Virus record (IMG/VR): IMGVR_UViG_2802429318_000001
Location: 12,530 to 76,529 of that record
Source of the DNA: a virus
Lineage: Duplodnaviria; Caudoviricetes
Strand: one strand, 5' to 3'
DNA: 64,000 nucleotides
The notes under the pieces are model-generated. The model saw nothing but the letters and a program-made list of their open reading frames with translations, was not told where the DNA came from and searched no databases. A program made the position numbers and the translations under genes. Shown here in pieces: positions 27,814-37,391 of this stretch (within the stretch, counting starts at the first letter, position 1; every line of letters begins with the position of its first letter).

Positions 27814-28296
27814 ATGACCGACACGCACGTCCGGCTCCCCGGCGCCACGGTCCAGGCCATCAGCGATCAACTCGAAGGACGCGGCTGGGATCCGGAGTAC
27901 GTCACCGACGTCGAGATCAAGATGACGTTCCCGGACCCAAGCACGGGTTTCGCGATGCAGTTCTCCGAGTTCTGGCTGTCTTGGCGGCTGGTCGACGGAC
28001 GGCTGGCATTCGGGGTGGGCGACGACTATGGAGCCCCCGAGCGCACGCGCCTGGACTGGCGTACCCGCCTTGACGTCGAAGCCGACACGTCTGCCCAAGC
28101 TGTGGCGCTGGCAGCGGACCGGGCGATGCACTGGCTGTGGCACTGTGACGAACGGGACGCCCTTCGGGAGTTGCACGACAAGATCAGGCTGCTCGGCGCC
28201 ATGGAGACGAGGATGAAGGAGCTGGGGCGCCGGCTGATGGTCACACCGGGGATGGTCCGGGACGCTCTCAAGCCGAGCGGGAGTTGGACGCCGTGA
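27814..28296 (+). CDS. hypothetical protein
   Basis: ORF coupled to next gene. Confidence 0.6.
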   Translation: MTDTHVRLPGATVQAISDQLEGRGWDPEYVTDVEIKMTFPDPSTGFAMQFSEFWLSWRLVDGRLAFGVGDDYGAPERTRLDWRTRLDVEADTSAQAVALAADRAMHWLWHCDERDALRELHDKIRLLGAMETRMKELGRRLMVTPGMVRDALKPSGSWTP

Positions 28297-28721
28297 CCGA
28301 TCTTGAGCGGATGGCGGTGTGGCTTCGGGATGTGATGGACGCTGCCGAGCTGGCCGCGCAGAAAGCAGCCGAGGTCTGTGGCTGCCACCCGCCCGCACCC
28401 TCGTGGTCCTTCCGCGACGGCGACGAACCGACCGACGGGCGGATCCTCGTCGTCGATGACCCGCACCCTCGCCCGAAGCGGAAGATCGGGCGACGCTGGA
28501 ACACCTCATACGAGGGCCTGTTCATGGCCCAGCACATCGTCCGCCACGACCCGGCCGCCGTGCTGCGCCGGATCGCCGCCGACCGGATGATGCTCGCCGA
28601 CCTGGAGCGCATCACCAAGGGCGACTACATCGACGACGGCGAACTGCCGCTCGCAGAGCACGTTATCCGCAGGCTCGCCGAGGGGTACGGCTGGCCCACC
28701 GCCACGGAGGTGTCGACGTGA
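28293..28721 (+). CDS. DUF6221 family protein (second copy)
   Basis: HIVRHDPAAVLRRIAADR...IRRLAEGY. Confidence 0.8.
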   Translation: MTDLERMAVWLRDVMDAAELAAQKAAEVCGCHPPAPSWSFRDGDEPTDGRILVVDDPHPRPKRKIGRRWNTSYEGLFMAQHIVRHDPAAVLRRIAADRMMLADLERITKGDYIDDGELPLAEHVIRRLAEGYGWPTATEVST

Positions 28722-29227
28722 CCAACGACCCCACCTCGCCGATCGATGACCTGCCGCAGCTCGCCGCGTCGAGCACAAGCCTTCGGTTGCAGCGCCTCGC
28801 CGAAGAGGGGGGCGTGCTGGGCCGGCTGATCGCCTGGGATCCGTTCGGAGTAGCGAAGGCCGCTGCGGCGCGCCACGTCGAAGGCCTCCGCGATCAAGCC
28901 GCCCTCGCCGAGTATGGGCTCCTGGCGGGCGCTCTCGGAGCCACCCGGGAGACGTCGTACAAGATCCTGCGCATGGCGCAGCACGACGTCGCTCTCACGT
29001 ACGGCTACCGAGAAGCCGGACAGTCACCCACGATCCTCGAGATCGAGCACGCCACCGAGCTGCTCCGGGGCTTGATGTCGGGTATCGGGGTCCCCATGAC
29101 TGTCCGTGAGGTCGAGGCCCGGAGGCGTAGCCAGTTGGAGCGGCTGTCGGCCCGCGTCACCGTGACCCTGGCGCGCGTACGGCCGCCTCGCTGTGGCTGC
29201 CCGAGACGGGAAGCGCCAGACGTGTAA
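28718..29227 (+). CDS. hypothetical protein
   Basis: GTGA coupling. Confidence 0.5.
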   Translation: MTNDPTSPIDDLPQLAASSTSLRLQRLAEEGGVLGRLIAWDPFGVAKAAAARHVEGLRDQAALAEYGLLAGALGATRETSYKILRMAQHDVALTYGYREAGQSPTILEIEHATELLRGLMSGIGVPMTVREVEARRRSQLERLSARVTVTLARVRPPRCGCPRREAPDV

Positions 29228-29311
29228 CTGACTGTCCATTCAGTCAGTAGGTGGAGCAGGTGACGGTGCACAATTGGGCTCAACACCCTCACGCACCACG
29301 GGAGGCCCGCC

Positions 29312-30022
29312 ATGCCCACTCCCTGTCCTGGCTCGTGCAACAACGCCTGGCGCCGTGCCGGGAACGAACTCGCCACCACCGACACCCTGCACGACATCCC
29401 CGCCACCTGGGGCCAGCCCGTCCACTGCGAACGCTGCACCACCCGAACCCGCGCGCAACTCGCCGAGCTCCCCGAGCTCGTCGCCGCAATCAGCCTCGAA
29501 GCCCTCTACGGCACCGCCCCGAAGACCACCGGCACCATCGGCCGCGCTACCGTCGCCACCTGGCCCGGCCAAGCCGCCCGCATCCTCACCGACCACATCG
29601 CCGGCGGACTCCTCGCCCTCGAAGACGACATCCGCGAACTCCGCCGTTTCCGGCACCGCCCCGGCCGCGGCACTGAGGGCCACGGGGTCACAGGCTCAAC
29701 CCGGTTCCTGGCCTCGCACCTGACGTGGGCTCTGACGGAACACCCGCTCGCCCATGAGACCCACGACAGGTTGTCCGGGAACCCGGCCTCCCAGATCCAG
29801 GGCTGGCACCGCGCGGCCGAGCGATTCACCCGGCGCGATCCCCGGCTGGAACACCATCGGGTGCCGTGTCCGCGCTGCGATCTGCTGACCCTGTACCGGG
29901 CCGACGGCGACGATTACATCGAATGCCGAAACATCAACTGCGCGCTGCTTCTGACGCCTTCGGAGTTTCACGGGCACGTCAAGGAAGTGGCCTCTGAATG
30001 CCAGGTTGTGGGAGTGGGTTGA
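29312..30022 (+). CDS. Zn-binding putative late-gene regulator
   Basis: CERC...LAELPEL...PCPRC...IECRNINC; lies just before the late operon. Confidence 0.6.
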   Translation: MPTPCPGSCNNAWRRAGNELATTDTLHDIPATWGQPVHCERCTTRTRAQLAELPELVAAISLEALYGTAPKTTGTIGRATVATWPGQAARILTDHIAGGLLALEDDIRELRRFRHRPGRGTEGHGVTGSTRFLASHLTWALTEHPLAHETHDRLSGNPASQIQGWHRAAERFTRRDPRLEHHRVPCPRCDLLTLYRADGDDYIECRNINCALLLTPSEFHGHVKEVASECQVVGVG

Positions 30023-30048
30023 CCATGGAGTCGCGTTACGCGTAACTT
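30019..30048 (+). promoter_or_regulatory. Candidate late promoter TTGACC-18-TAACTT with palindrome GTTACGCGTAAC
   Basis: Sigma70-like boxes; 12-bp palindrome at 30035-30046. Confidence 0.45.
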
Positions 30049-30135
30049 CAGTTCCGGACAGGTATGTCCGTTGATCCTCGGCCCCGGAGTCCTCGACTTC
30101 GGGGCTTTCGCGTATGTCCCCTACGGGAGGCTGCT

Positions 30136-30360
30136 GTGGTCGACTTCGACGGCGATCTCCAGGCGACGCTCTGGACGACGGCCGAGGCCGCTGAGGCGGC
30201 GGGTGTCGAGCCGGGCGTGATCCGGATCTGGGCGCACCGGGGGCACCTCCGGCGGGCGAACTCGGAGAAGTGCCGGACGCCGAAGTACCGCGCGATCGAC
30301 GTGGTGAAGGCGGAGCAGGCGACGAGGTCGAGGGCCCGGCGGTCGTACGCGACCGTCTGA
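30136..30360 (+). CDS. MerR/Xis-like HTH protein
   Basis: WTTAEAAEAAGVEPGVIRIWAHRGHL. Confidence 0.8.
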   Translation: MVDFDGDLQATLWTTAEAAEAAGVEPGVIRIWAHRGHLRRANSEKCRTPKYRAIDVVKAEQATRSRARRSYATV

Positions 30361-30493
30361 GCAGCCGCAGCTGAACTTCCGCCGCCGGTCGGGCTGTGAG
30401 GGTTCCGGCCGACGGCGGATCACCACCGCCCCCACTGGCCGGGCCCTGGCTTCGCCGACCTGAACGGCAGAGCCAGGGCCCAACCCCGGTCAA

Positions 30494-30649
30494 CTACCCC
30501 ATGGCCGCGCCGATCGCGTACCCGACCAGGCTCACCGCCACCACGGACAGACCCAGCGCGGCCCCCTGCTGCTTAGCGACCTTGCCCAGGTACGCCTGGC
30601 CCGCCATCGCCGCCACCATCACGATGATGGCCTTCTGCTTCTTCGACAT
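30494..30649 (-). CDS. 51-aa cationic hydrophobic peptide
   Basis: MSKKQKAIIVMVAAMAGQAYLGKVAKQQGAALGLSVVAVSLVGYAIGAAMG; RBS AAAGGAGGTGA. Confidence 0.7.
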   Translation of the reverse strand: MSKKQKAIIVMVAAMAGQAYLGKVAKQQGAALGLSVVAVSLVGYAIGAAMG

Positions 30650-30733
30650 GCTCACTCACCTCCTTTCAGTTGGAGCTGAGGCGAGCGTCGCACACGCCAC
30701 TGACAACGGCCTCGATGAGCGGGGAGGCACCGC

Positions 30734-30925
30734 ATGGCAGATCTCCCTCCCACACCCGCACCGGCCGGGCCTCTCACCGCGGACACGGCGCTCGGCCACG
30801 CGGCCCGGCTCCTGCTGAACGCGGAACTGATCACCGATCAGGCGCTCATGCAGCGCTACGAGAGCCTCGCCGACAGCTGGATCGCGATCGCCCGCACGCT
30901 CGACGTCCGCCAGGAGGGGCCGTGA
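30734..30925 (+). CDS. hypothetical protein
   Basis: GGAGG RBS. Confidence 0.65.
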   Translation: MADLPPTPAPAGPLTADTALGHAARLLLNAELITDQALMQRYESLADSWIAIARTLDVRQEGP

Positions 30926-31140
30926 CCGAGCCGCGCGCGAAGGCCTCCCACCGGGCTGCCGAGACCGAACTCGTCATCACCCGCGCCGACGGCACCGTCA
31001 TCCCCCTCGGCCGCGGCGCCTACTGGCACCGCAACCCCCTCCGCCGCCTGTGGTGGCGCCTGTGGGGTCAGCCCCGCTTCAACCGCCGCGCCCGAGCGGC
31101 CAACCGCGCGGCACGGGCCGCCGACACTCAGGAGAGGTAG
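30922..31140 (+). CDS. hypothetical protein
   Basis: GGAGG RBS, GTGA overlap. Confidence 0.6.
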   Translation: MTEPRAKASHRAAETELVITRADGTVIPLGRGAYWHRNPLRRLWWRLWGQPRFNRRARAANRAARAADTQER

Positions 31141-31142
31141 CC

Positions 31143-31781
31143 ATGGCCACCACGGTCGCATTCACCAGCAAGGGCCGCGAGATCGTGGCCGGCCGTCTCA
31201 TCGGCACCAGCCCGACCCAGGCCGAGCCGAAGAACCTTGGTTGGGGCACGGGCGCCGGCACAGCCGCCGCGACGGACGTGGCCGCTTTCACGGAGGCCGC
31301 CGAGTCCCGGGTGGCGGGCACCAGTTCGCAGGTGACGACGACGTCCTCGAACGACACCTACCAGGTGGCTGGCACGATGACGTCGGCGTCCGGGCAGACG
31401 ATCACGGAGACGTTCCTGTCGGACTCCGCGTCGAAGCCCGCGGCGACGACCGCGAACGGCGCGATCTCCTCGACGTCCTCGACCTCGATCACCGTCGCCT
31501 CGGCGTCAGGATTCCCGGGGTCCGGGAACTACAACATCCAGATCGACTCCGAGGTTCTGCTCGTCACCGGCGGCCAGGGCACCACGACGTGGACGGTCAC
31601 CCGCGGCGTCAACGGCTCGACGGCTGCCACGCACTCCAACGGCGCCGTCATCACCGGCGGGAACGCCCCCGGTTCGAGCGCGGTGACGAACGGGTCGCTG
31701 CTGATCCACGCGTCTTTCACGGGACTGGCGCTGAACACGGGCGACTCCTTGACGGCCACGACGAAGCTCAGCTTCTCCTGA
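31143..31781 (+). CDS. virion fibre/collar-like protein
   Basis: TSKGREIVA...LGWGTG...D...E..ESRV...ITE..L resembles tail-fibre N-terminal adaptor; Thr/Ser-rich. Confidence 0.6.
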   Translation: MATTVAFTSKGREIVAGRLIGTSPTQAEPKNLGWGTGAGTAAATDVAAFTEAAESRVAGTSSQVTTTSSNDTYQVAGTMTSASGQTITETFLSDSASKPAATTANGAISSTSSTSITVASASGFPGSGNYNIQIDSEVLLVTGGQGTTTWTVTRGVNGSTAATHSNGAVITGGNAPGSSAVTNGSLLIHASFTGLALNTGDSLTATTKLSFS

Positions 31782-31813
31782 CCCGCTGACAGCACCTGCG
31801 GGAGGAGAACGCA

Positions 31814-34396
31814 GTGTCGATCTCCGCCGTGGGCACGTTGCAAGCCAACCGCGGGACGGGCGTCACCACGCTGACCGTGTCGAGCCCCACCGTCGGCAAC
31901 GCCTGGCTGCTCGCGGTCCGCGTCGCCTCCAGCTCGATCACGGTGTCCTCCGTGTCCGGCGGCGGCCCGTCCACCTGGACCCGCATCGCCTCGGTGTCGC
32001 AGGCCGTCGTCAACGGCACCCTGGAGATCTGGCTCGGCACGATCGCCGCAACCACCCCGACGACGATCACGGTGACGTTCAGCGGGTCCGTCGCCGCCAT
32101 CAGTACCGAGCTGTGCGCCGAACAGTTCTCCAGCAGCCTCGCCAACACCGTGTGGGCAGCCGACGGCACCGGCGGCAACACCAGCGGCTCAGCCACAACG
32201 GCGATCACCTTCCCATCGCTGACCCCGAGCGCAGGCGCGCGCCTCTACTACGGGTACGCCTACGTCACGAACACCACCGTGGCGGGCTCGACTTCCGGTT
32301 TCACGTACACGGTCACCGCCGCAGGCAACGCCGTTCTCTGGAATCCCGGCGTGACCGCAGCGTCCGCCCCCACCTGCACGCAGACCCCGGCCGGCAACGT
32401 GGCCACGCTCGGCGTCCTCGTCCGAGCGAGCGGGGCCGTGAGCCTCGCCGGAGCGTCGACGGGCGGCAGCAGCATCGGCCGACAGGCCTGGCTCGCGCAA
32501 GCGGCGACCGGGACCGGCAACTCGCAGCTCGTCCGCACGGCAGCGGCACCACGGAGCGCTTCCGCAACGGCTGCAGCGAGCCTCTCGCGTACGGTCGGCC
32601 GGCCTCTGGCCGCAGCGGTCAGCACGGCGAGATCCCTCGCCGTGACGGCGGCCCGGGCGCTACTCCTGGTGGCAGCGGTTGTCGGCTCGGGCACCGTCCG
32701 GCGCGCAGTGGGCCAGAGCGCGGGCGCCGTGTCTCTCAGCGCGGCAACCGTGCGACGCGGCATCGGCCAGGCAGCCCCAGGTGCGGCGACGGGCGGCACC
32801 ACGGTGAGGCGCGGTCTCGCGACAACGGCGGCGGCGAACCGGACGGCCGCGGCGGTGCTCATCCGAGGCCCGCAGGTCGCACTGACGCAGAGCGTGCACG
32901 GGACAGGGCTGCTGGCACGGATGGCCGGCGTCCGGGTGACGGCTGCCGGACTCGGCGTCGGACAGGCCCGGAACGGGGTCGGCCGTACGCTGGCAACGTC
33001 GACTACCGGCGCCACTGCTCTGGCCCGTGGAACTGCTGCGGTGGCCGCTGTCGCTGCCACGGCTGCGGCGACCGTGCGGCGGGCGGCCGCTCGCGCCTAT
33101 GCCGGGGCGGCTGGAGCAACGGCGGTCAGCATCGGGCAGGCGGCGCTCGGCCGGACGTACGCCGCCATCGCGAGCTCGGCTCCGGCGCTGAGCGTCGGGG
33201 CAGCCCTCTCCCGCTCGTACGCCGCCACGGCGACTGCGGTCGGCGCGGTGACACGGTCCGTCGCCCGCAGCGTCACGGTGGCCGCGACGGCCACTGCCAC
33301 AGTCCTCGTCGGCTCCGTCCACCTCCTGATCCTGGCCGTGGCCAGCACGGCCGGGGCGGCGCTGATGCTCGGCCGGGCCGCGTTCCTCACGGCCCTCGCC
33401 ACAACCACCGGCGCCGGTGCCCTCCGACGGACCCTCGCTCGCCCCGTCACCACCACGACGTCGGCCACGGGCAACCTCACACGCTCGGCCGCGACCGGCC
33501 TGACCGCAGGCTCGACGAGCACCAGCTCCCTCCGACGTGGCCTCGCCCGAGCCCAAGCCGCCTCGGCCACCGGCACGGCCAGCGTGCTGGTTGGTGCAGC
33601 GCTGTCGCTGATCCTCGCGGCCGCAGCGACCGCCGCCCGTACGGTCACGATCGCCAGGGCCACGTTCCTTGCCCTTGCCACCAACGGCCTGGGCAGTGGC
33701 AGTCTCACCCGCGGGGCCCACGCCGGACTTGCTGGATCGAGTACGAGCACCAGTGGCGTCACTCGGCGTGCCGGCCTGGTCGTCTCGGCCACTGCGACGG
33801 TGTCCGGAGCACTCGGCCGGGCCCTCGCGCAGGCCATGAACACGGTCGCAGGCAGCTCGCGCGCCGTGGCCCGCAGCGTGGGTCGGCCGCTTGCGGCCGG
33901 AGCGGTCGCCGTCACCGGCATCGAGCTGATGCGGTCCACGCTCATCCTCATCCTGGAGACGTCCGCGACCGGCGCGGTGTCCATGCTCCGGCGCGCTGCC
34001 CTCACCCGCGCGACAGCCGCGAACTCGACGGCTGGCCTCACCCGGGCCGCCACGCTCACCGCCCGGGCAGACGTCCTCACCGCGAGCGTGCTGCGGCGCG
34101 CCACGGGCCGCACCGTGGCCACATCGGCGACCACGGCAACCTCGGCGAGCGTGGCCCGCGGCTATGCAGCGGTCCTGGCCGCTACCGCCGTCACCGCGGT
34201 GGAGACCGTCGTCCAGACCGTCCGCGCGCTCCGGGACCTCACCATCACGGTCACCGCCGGGCTCGCCCGCTGGTCAGTCCAAGACCTCCGGGCCCGTTGG
34301 ACCGCCGAACAGGCGGGCCCGCGCTGGTCGATCCGGGAGCCGGCCGCGCGCTGGCGGGCATGGCTGAGTGGCGGCCGCTGGCGAACGTGGTTCTAG
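31814..34396 (+). CDS. long repetitive Ala/Thr/Arg fibre-like protein
   Basis: About 200-aa beta-rich head, long roughly 22-aa periodic repeats, RW-repeat tail. Confidence 0.65.
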   Translation: MSISAVGTLQANRGTGVTTLTVSSPTVGNAWLLAVRVASSSITVSSVSGGGPSTWTRIASVSQAVVNGTLEIWLGTIAATTPTTITVTFSGSVAAISTELCAEQFSSSLANTVWAADGTGGNTSGSATTAITFPSLTPSAGARLYYGYAYVTNTTVAGSTSGFTYTVTAAGNAVLWNPGVTAASAPTCTQTPAGNVATLGVLVRASGAVSLAGASTGGSSIGRQAWLAQAATGTGNSQLVRTAAAPRSASATAAASLSRTVGRPLAAAVSTARSLAVTAARALLLVAAVVGSGTVRRAVGQSAGAVSLSAATVRRGIGQAAPGAATGGTTVRRGLATTAAANRTAAAVLIRGPQVALTQSVHGTGLLARMAGVRVTAAGLGVGQARNGVGRTLATSTTGATALARGTAAVAAVAATAAATVRRAAARAYAGAAGATAVSIGQAALGRTYAAIASSAPALSVGAALSRSYAATATAVGAVTRSVARSVTVAATATATVLVGSVHLLILAVASTAGAALMLGRAAFLTALATTTGAGALRRTLARPVTTTTSATGNLTRSAATGLTAGSTSTSSLRRGLARAQAASATGTASVLVGAALSLILAAAATAARTVTIARATFLALATNGLGSGSLTRGAHAGLAGSSTSTSGVTRRAGLVVSATATVSGALGRALAQAMNTVAGSSRAVARSVGRPLAAGAVAVTGIELMRSTLILILETSATGAVSMLRRAALTRATAANSTAGLTRAATLTARADVLTASVLRRATGRTVATSATTATSASVARGYAAVLAATAVTAVETVVQTVRALRDLTITVTAGLARWSVQDLRARWTAEQAGPRWSIREPAARWRAWLSGGRWRTWF

Positions 34397-34409
34397 GGGA
34401 GGGGCACGG

Positions 34410-34727
34410 GTGCAAACGATCTCTGTTCAGTCCCTGGAGTACGTGCAGGCACAGGTGACCGCCACCGTGGCAGGAGCCCCCTACAACCCGACGGTGGACG
34501 CGGTTGAGTTCGCGTTCACCAGCGGCAGCGCCCAACCCACCCAGTGGTACACGGGCAGTTGGGACACCAGCCAGCCCAACCCCGGGACGAGCGCCTACTG
34601 CGCGCAGATCCTCGTCGGCCCCAGCGGAACGGTCGAGCTGCCAGCAGGCCGCTACACCTACTGGATCAAGATCCACGACAACCCCGAGACGCCCGTTCTG
34701 CCCGTCGGACAGCTCGCGATCACCTAG
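34410..34727 (+). CDS. BppU-like Ig-fold adaptor
   Basis: LVGPSG...LPAGRYTYWIKIHDNPETPV. Confidence 0.55.
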   Translation: MQTISVQSLEYVQAQVTATVAGAPYNPTVDAVEFAFTSGSAQPTQWYTGSWDTSQPNPGTSAYCAQILVGPSGTVELPAGRYTYWIKIHDNPETPVLPVGQLAIT

Positions 34728-34737
34728 GAGGCCTGGC

Positions 34738-35175
34738 GTGGACGCCCTCACCCAATCCCCAGCCCCCCAACTCGCCACCCCGCCAGCGGCCGCCGCACCT
34801 GAGGGCCCGGTGTGCACGGCCTGCGGGGACGCGGCGGTCGTGCAGTGGCAGCGCCGGCCGACCGACGCCGAGGTCGCCGAGACCGTCCGTGCGGAGCAGG
34901 AGCGCCGCGACCAGGTCGTCCTCCTCTCCGATCCGCAACTCCCGGAGCCTGTGTTCGGGCCGCTGCCGTCGGCGGACGGCATGACGCGCGCCGTGTACGG
35001 GTGCGCCGCGCATGCCGTCACTCTGGACCTCGCGGCACGCGTGCACGCCAGCACGTGCACGGCCCCGGCCGAAGGCGATCTCCCGGGGTGCGGCTGCAAG
35101 CCCGAACCCGCCCCGACCGCGCCCCTGGAAGAGGCGCCCCTGCTGCCGGACCACTGGGTGACGGGCGGCAACTGA
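34738..35175 (+). CDS. Cys-rich hypothetical protein
   Basis: CTACG...GCAAH...CGC. Confidence 0.65.
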   Translation: MDALTQSPAPQLATPPAAAAPEGPVCTACGDAAVVQWQRRPTDAEVAETVRAEQERRDQVVLLSDPQLPEPVFGPLPSADGMTRAVYGCAAHAVTLDLAARVHASTCTAPAEGDLPGCGCKPEPAPTAPLEEAPLLPDHWVTGGN

Positions 35176-35846
35176 TGCCGAAGCAGGGGCATGGACGTGA
35201 GCTGCCCGAAGGGTTCGAGGAGTTCCGGGCGGACGGCAACCGCCGCTGCTGGAGCCGCAGCAAGAAGAGCAACGGGGAGCAGTGCGGTGCCCCAGCCATG
35301 CTCGGCCAGAACATCTGCCACCACCACGGCGGGTCCGCGCCGCAGAGCATCAGAGCGGCCAAGGAGCGGCTGTCCGAAGAGAGGGCGCGGAAGCTCGTGG
35401 CAACCTACGGCCGGAAGATCGAGACCACCGCCACGGAGGCGCTCCTCGACGAGGTGCAGTGGACGGCCGGACACGTCGCCTGGCTGCGGGAACGCGTCCA
35501 GGAGATCGAAGAGGGCGCGGTCGCGGACGGGACGGACGGCGCGCATCCGTTGGTATGGGGCGTCACCCGCGAGAAGACCGGCGGCGAAGACCATGGGGTC
35601 ACCTCCGAGGCCTCCCCGAACGTCTGGTTGAAGCTGTACCAGCAGGAGCGCACGCACCTGGTGAAGGTGTGCGAGGCGGCTATCCGCGCGGGCATCGAGG
35701 AGCGGCGGGTCCGGCTGGCGGAGGAGCAGGGCGCCCTCGTGGCACAGGTGATCAGGCTGATCCTGGCCGACCTCGACCTGACGGCGGAGCAGCGGCAGCG
35801 AGTACCGGAGATCGTGCCGCGCCATCTGCGCGCGCTGGGATCCTGA
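35175..35846 (+). CDS. terS: terminase small subunit (HGG-type)
   Basis: C..RSKKSNGEQC...ICHHHGGSAPQ; lies upstream of terL. Confidence 0.75.
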   Translation: MPKQGHGRELPEGFEEFRADGNRRCWSRSKKSNGEQCGAPAMLGQNICHHHGGSAPQSIRAAKERLSEERARKLVATYGRKIETTATEALLDEVQWTAGHVAWLRERVQEIEEGAVADGTDGAHPLVWGVTREKTGGEDHGVTSEASPNVWLKLYQQERTHLVKVCEAAIRAGIEERRVRLAEEQGALVAQVIRLILADLDLTAEQRQRVPEIVPRHLRALGS

Positions 35847-35861
35847 CCGGGGAGGCGGCCG

Positions 35862-37391
35862 ATGACCGCCACCATGGACTGGTCCGAGTTTGCGGCGAAG
35901 GCGTTCGAGGGCCGCGACGTGTTCGGGCTCCTTGGCTACGTGCCGACTCCGAAGCAGCGCGAATTCCATGCCGCGACCGAGTTCGACGTCCTGTACGGCG
36001 GCGCGGCCGGGGGCGGGAAGACGCGGGCGCTCCTCATGGACGCGATCCGGGACTGCGATCAGTACCCGGGACTCCGTGTCGGCGCGTTCCGGCGGACGTA
36101 CGGCGAGCTGAAAGAGTCGCTGATCGCCGAGCTGGCGCAGGTCGAGTTCGCGCAGGCGTTGGGGGCGCGCTGGAACGGTACGGAGTTCGAGCTGAAGTTC
36201 GCTAACGGCAGCTTGATCATGTTCCGGTACGCCGAGAGCGTTCAGGACGCCACCAGGCGCCAGGGCGGGCAGTACCAGAAGCTGCTGTTCGACGAGCGCA
36301 CCCTGACACCGCCCGACGTCGTCAGCTTCCTGGAGACCCGGCTGCGGTCCGGCCGCCGCGACATCCCCGTCCTCGGCATCCGCTCGGGCACGAACCCTGG
36401 CGGGGCCGGACACGGAGCGGTAAAAACCCGCTACATCAAGCCGACGAACTACGGCAAGAAGGTCATCACCGACGCCCGCAACCGCACCGTCCGCTTCATC
36501 CCCTCGAAGCTGTCGGACAACCCGCACGTCAACCCCGAGTACGCCGGCGACCTCCAGGCCCTCGACGGCAAGCTCCGCAGCGCCTTTCTGGACGGTGACT
36601 GGGACGTGTTCGCCGGCCAGATGTTCCCCGAGCTCAAGCGCGACCGGCACGTCGTCCAACCGATCACCCTGCCCGCCTCGTGGAAGCGGTACAACGGCGT
36701 CGACTGGGGCTTCAGCGCCCCATGGGCCGTGCTCTGGGCGGCAGTCGACGAAGACGGCCGCGTCTGGGTCTACCGCGAGATCTACCAGCGCGGTGTTGGC
36801 GAAGCTGATCAGGCCAAGCAGATCCTCGCCGCCGAGACGGCCGACGAGCACGTCGCTGTCCGGTTCGCCGACGACGCGATGTGGGCCACCCGCGGCGACG
36901 CGAAAGCAATCTCCGACGTCTACGCAGAGAACGGCGTCCACCTCACCCAGGCAGGGAAGGGCGACGGCAGCCGTGTGACGGGCTGGCAACGCGTCCGCTC
37001 CTACCTCAAAGAAGGCCCGGCGTGCCCGCACCACCGGGCGCAGGGCTGGACCACCTGCCCGATGATCCACCTCTTCAACACGGTCACCGAGCTCTACCGC
37101 GAGCTCACCGACCTGCCACATGCCACCAAGGGCAACCCGGAAGACGCCGACACGACGGCCGACGACCACGCCTCGGACGGCCTCCGCTACCTGCTGACGA
37201 ACCTCGGCGCGGGCCCGGAAATGGTGATCCTCGACGAGGCGCCGACCGAGCCGATCGCCGACGCCTTGCAGCCGCTGGGAATGACGATGGCCGTGCGCCC
37301 GGACTCCGGGGCTGCGCCGGATGACGCCTGGTGGGCTGACGATGACGACACGCCGCGTGCGGGGAGGACGGTGGAATCCCCGTGGGGCTGA
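35862..37391 (+). CDS. terL: terminase large subunit
   Basis: YGGAAGGGKT, LLFDE, TNPGG.GH, GVDWG, DDHASDGLRY. Confidence 0.95.
   Translation: MTATMDWSEFAAKAFEGRDVFGLLGYVPTPKQREFHAATEFDVLYGGAAGGGKTRALLMDAIRDCDQYPGLRVGAFRRTYGELKESLIAELAQVEFAQALGARWNGTEFELKFANGSLIMFRYAESVQDATRRQGGQYQKLLFDERTLTPPDVVSFLETRLRSGRRDIPVLGIRSGTNPGGAGHGAVKTRYIKPTNYGKKVITDARNRTVRFIPSKLSDNPHVNPEYAGDLQALDGKLRSAFLDGDWDVFAGQMFPELKRDRHVVQPITLPASWKRYNGVDWGFSAPWAVLWAAVDEDGRVWVYREIYQRGVGEADQAKQILAAETADEHVAVRFADDAMWATRGDAKAISDVYAENGVHLTQAGKGDGSRVTGWQRVRSYLKEGPACPHHRAQGWTTCPMIHLFNTVTELYRELTDLPHATKGNPEDADTTADDHASDGLRYLLTNLGAGPEMVILDEAPTEPIADALQPLGMTMAVRPDSGAAPDDAWWADDDDTPRAGRTVESPWG

Noticed and set aside
30360-30495. tRNA gene at the start of the late region
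   Set aside because: No cloverleaf with a proper T-arm or CCA end could be built
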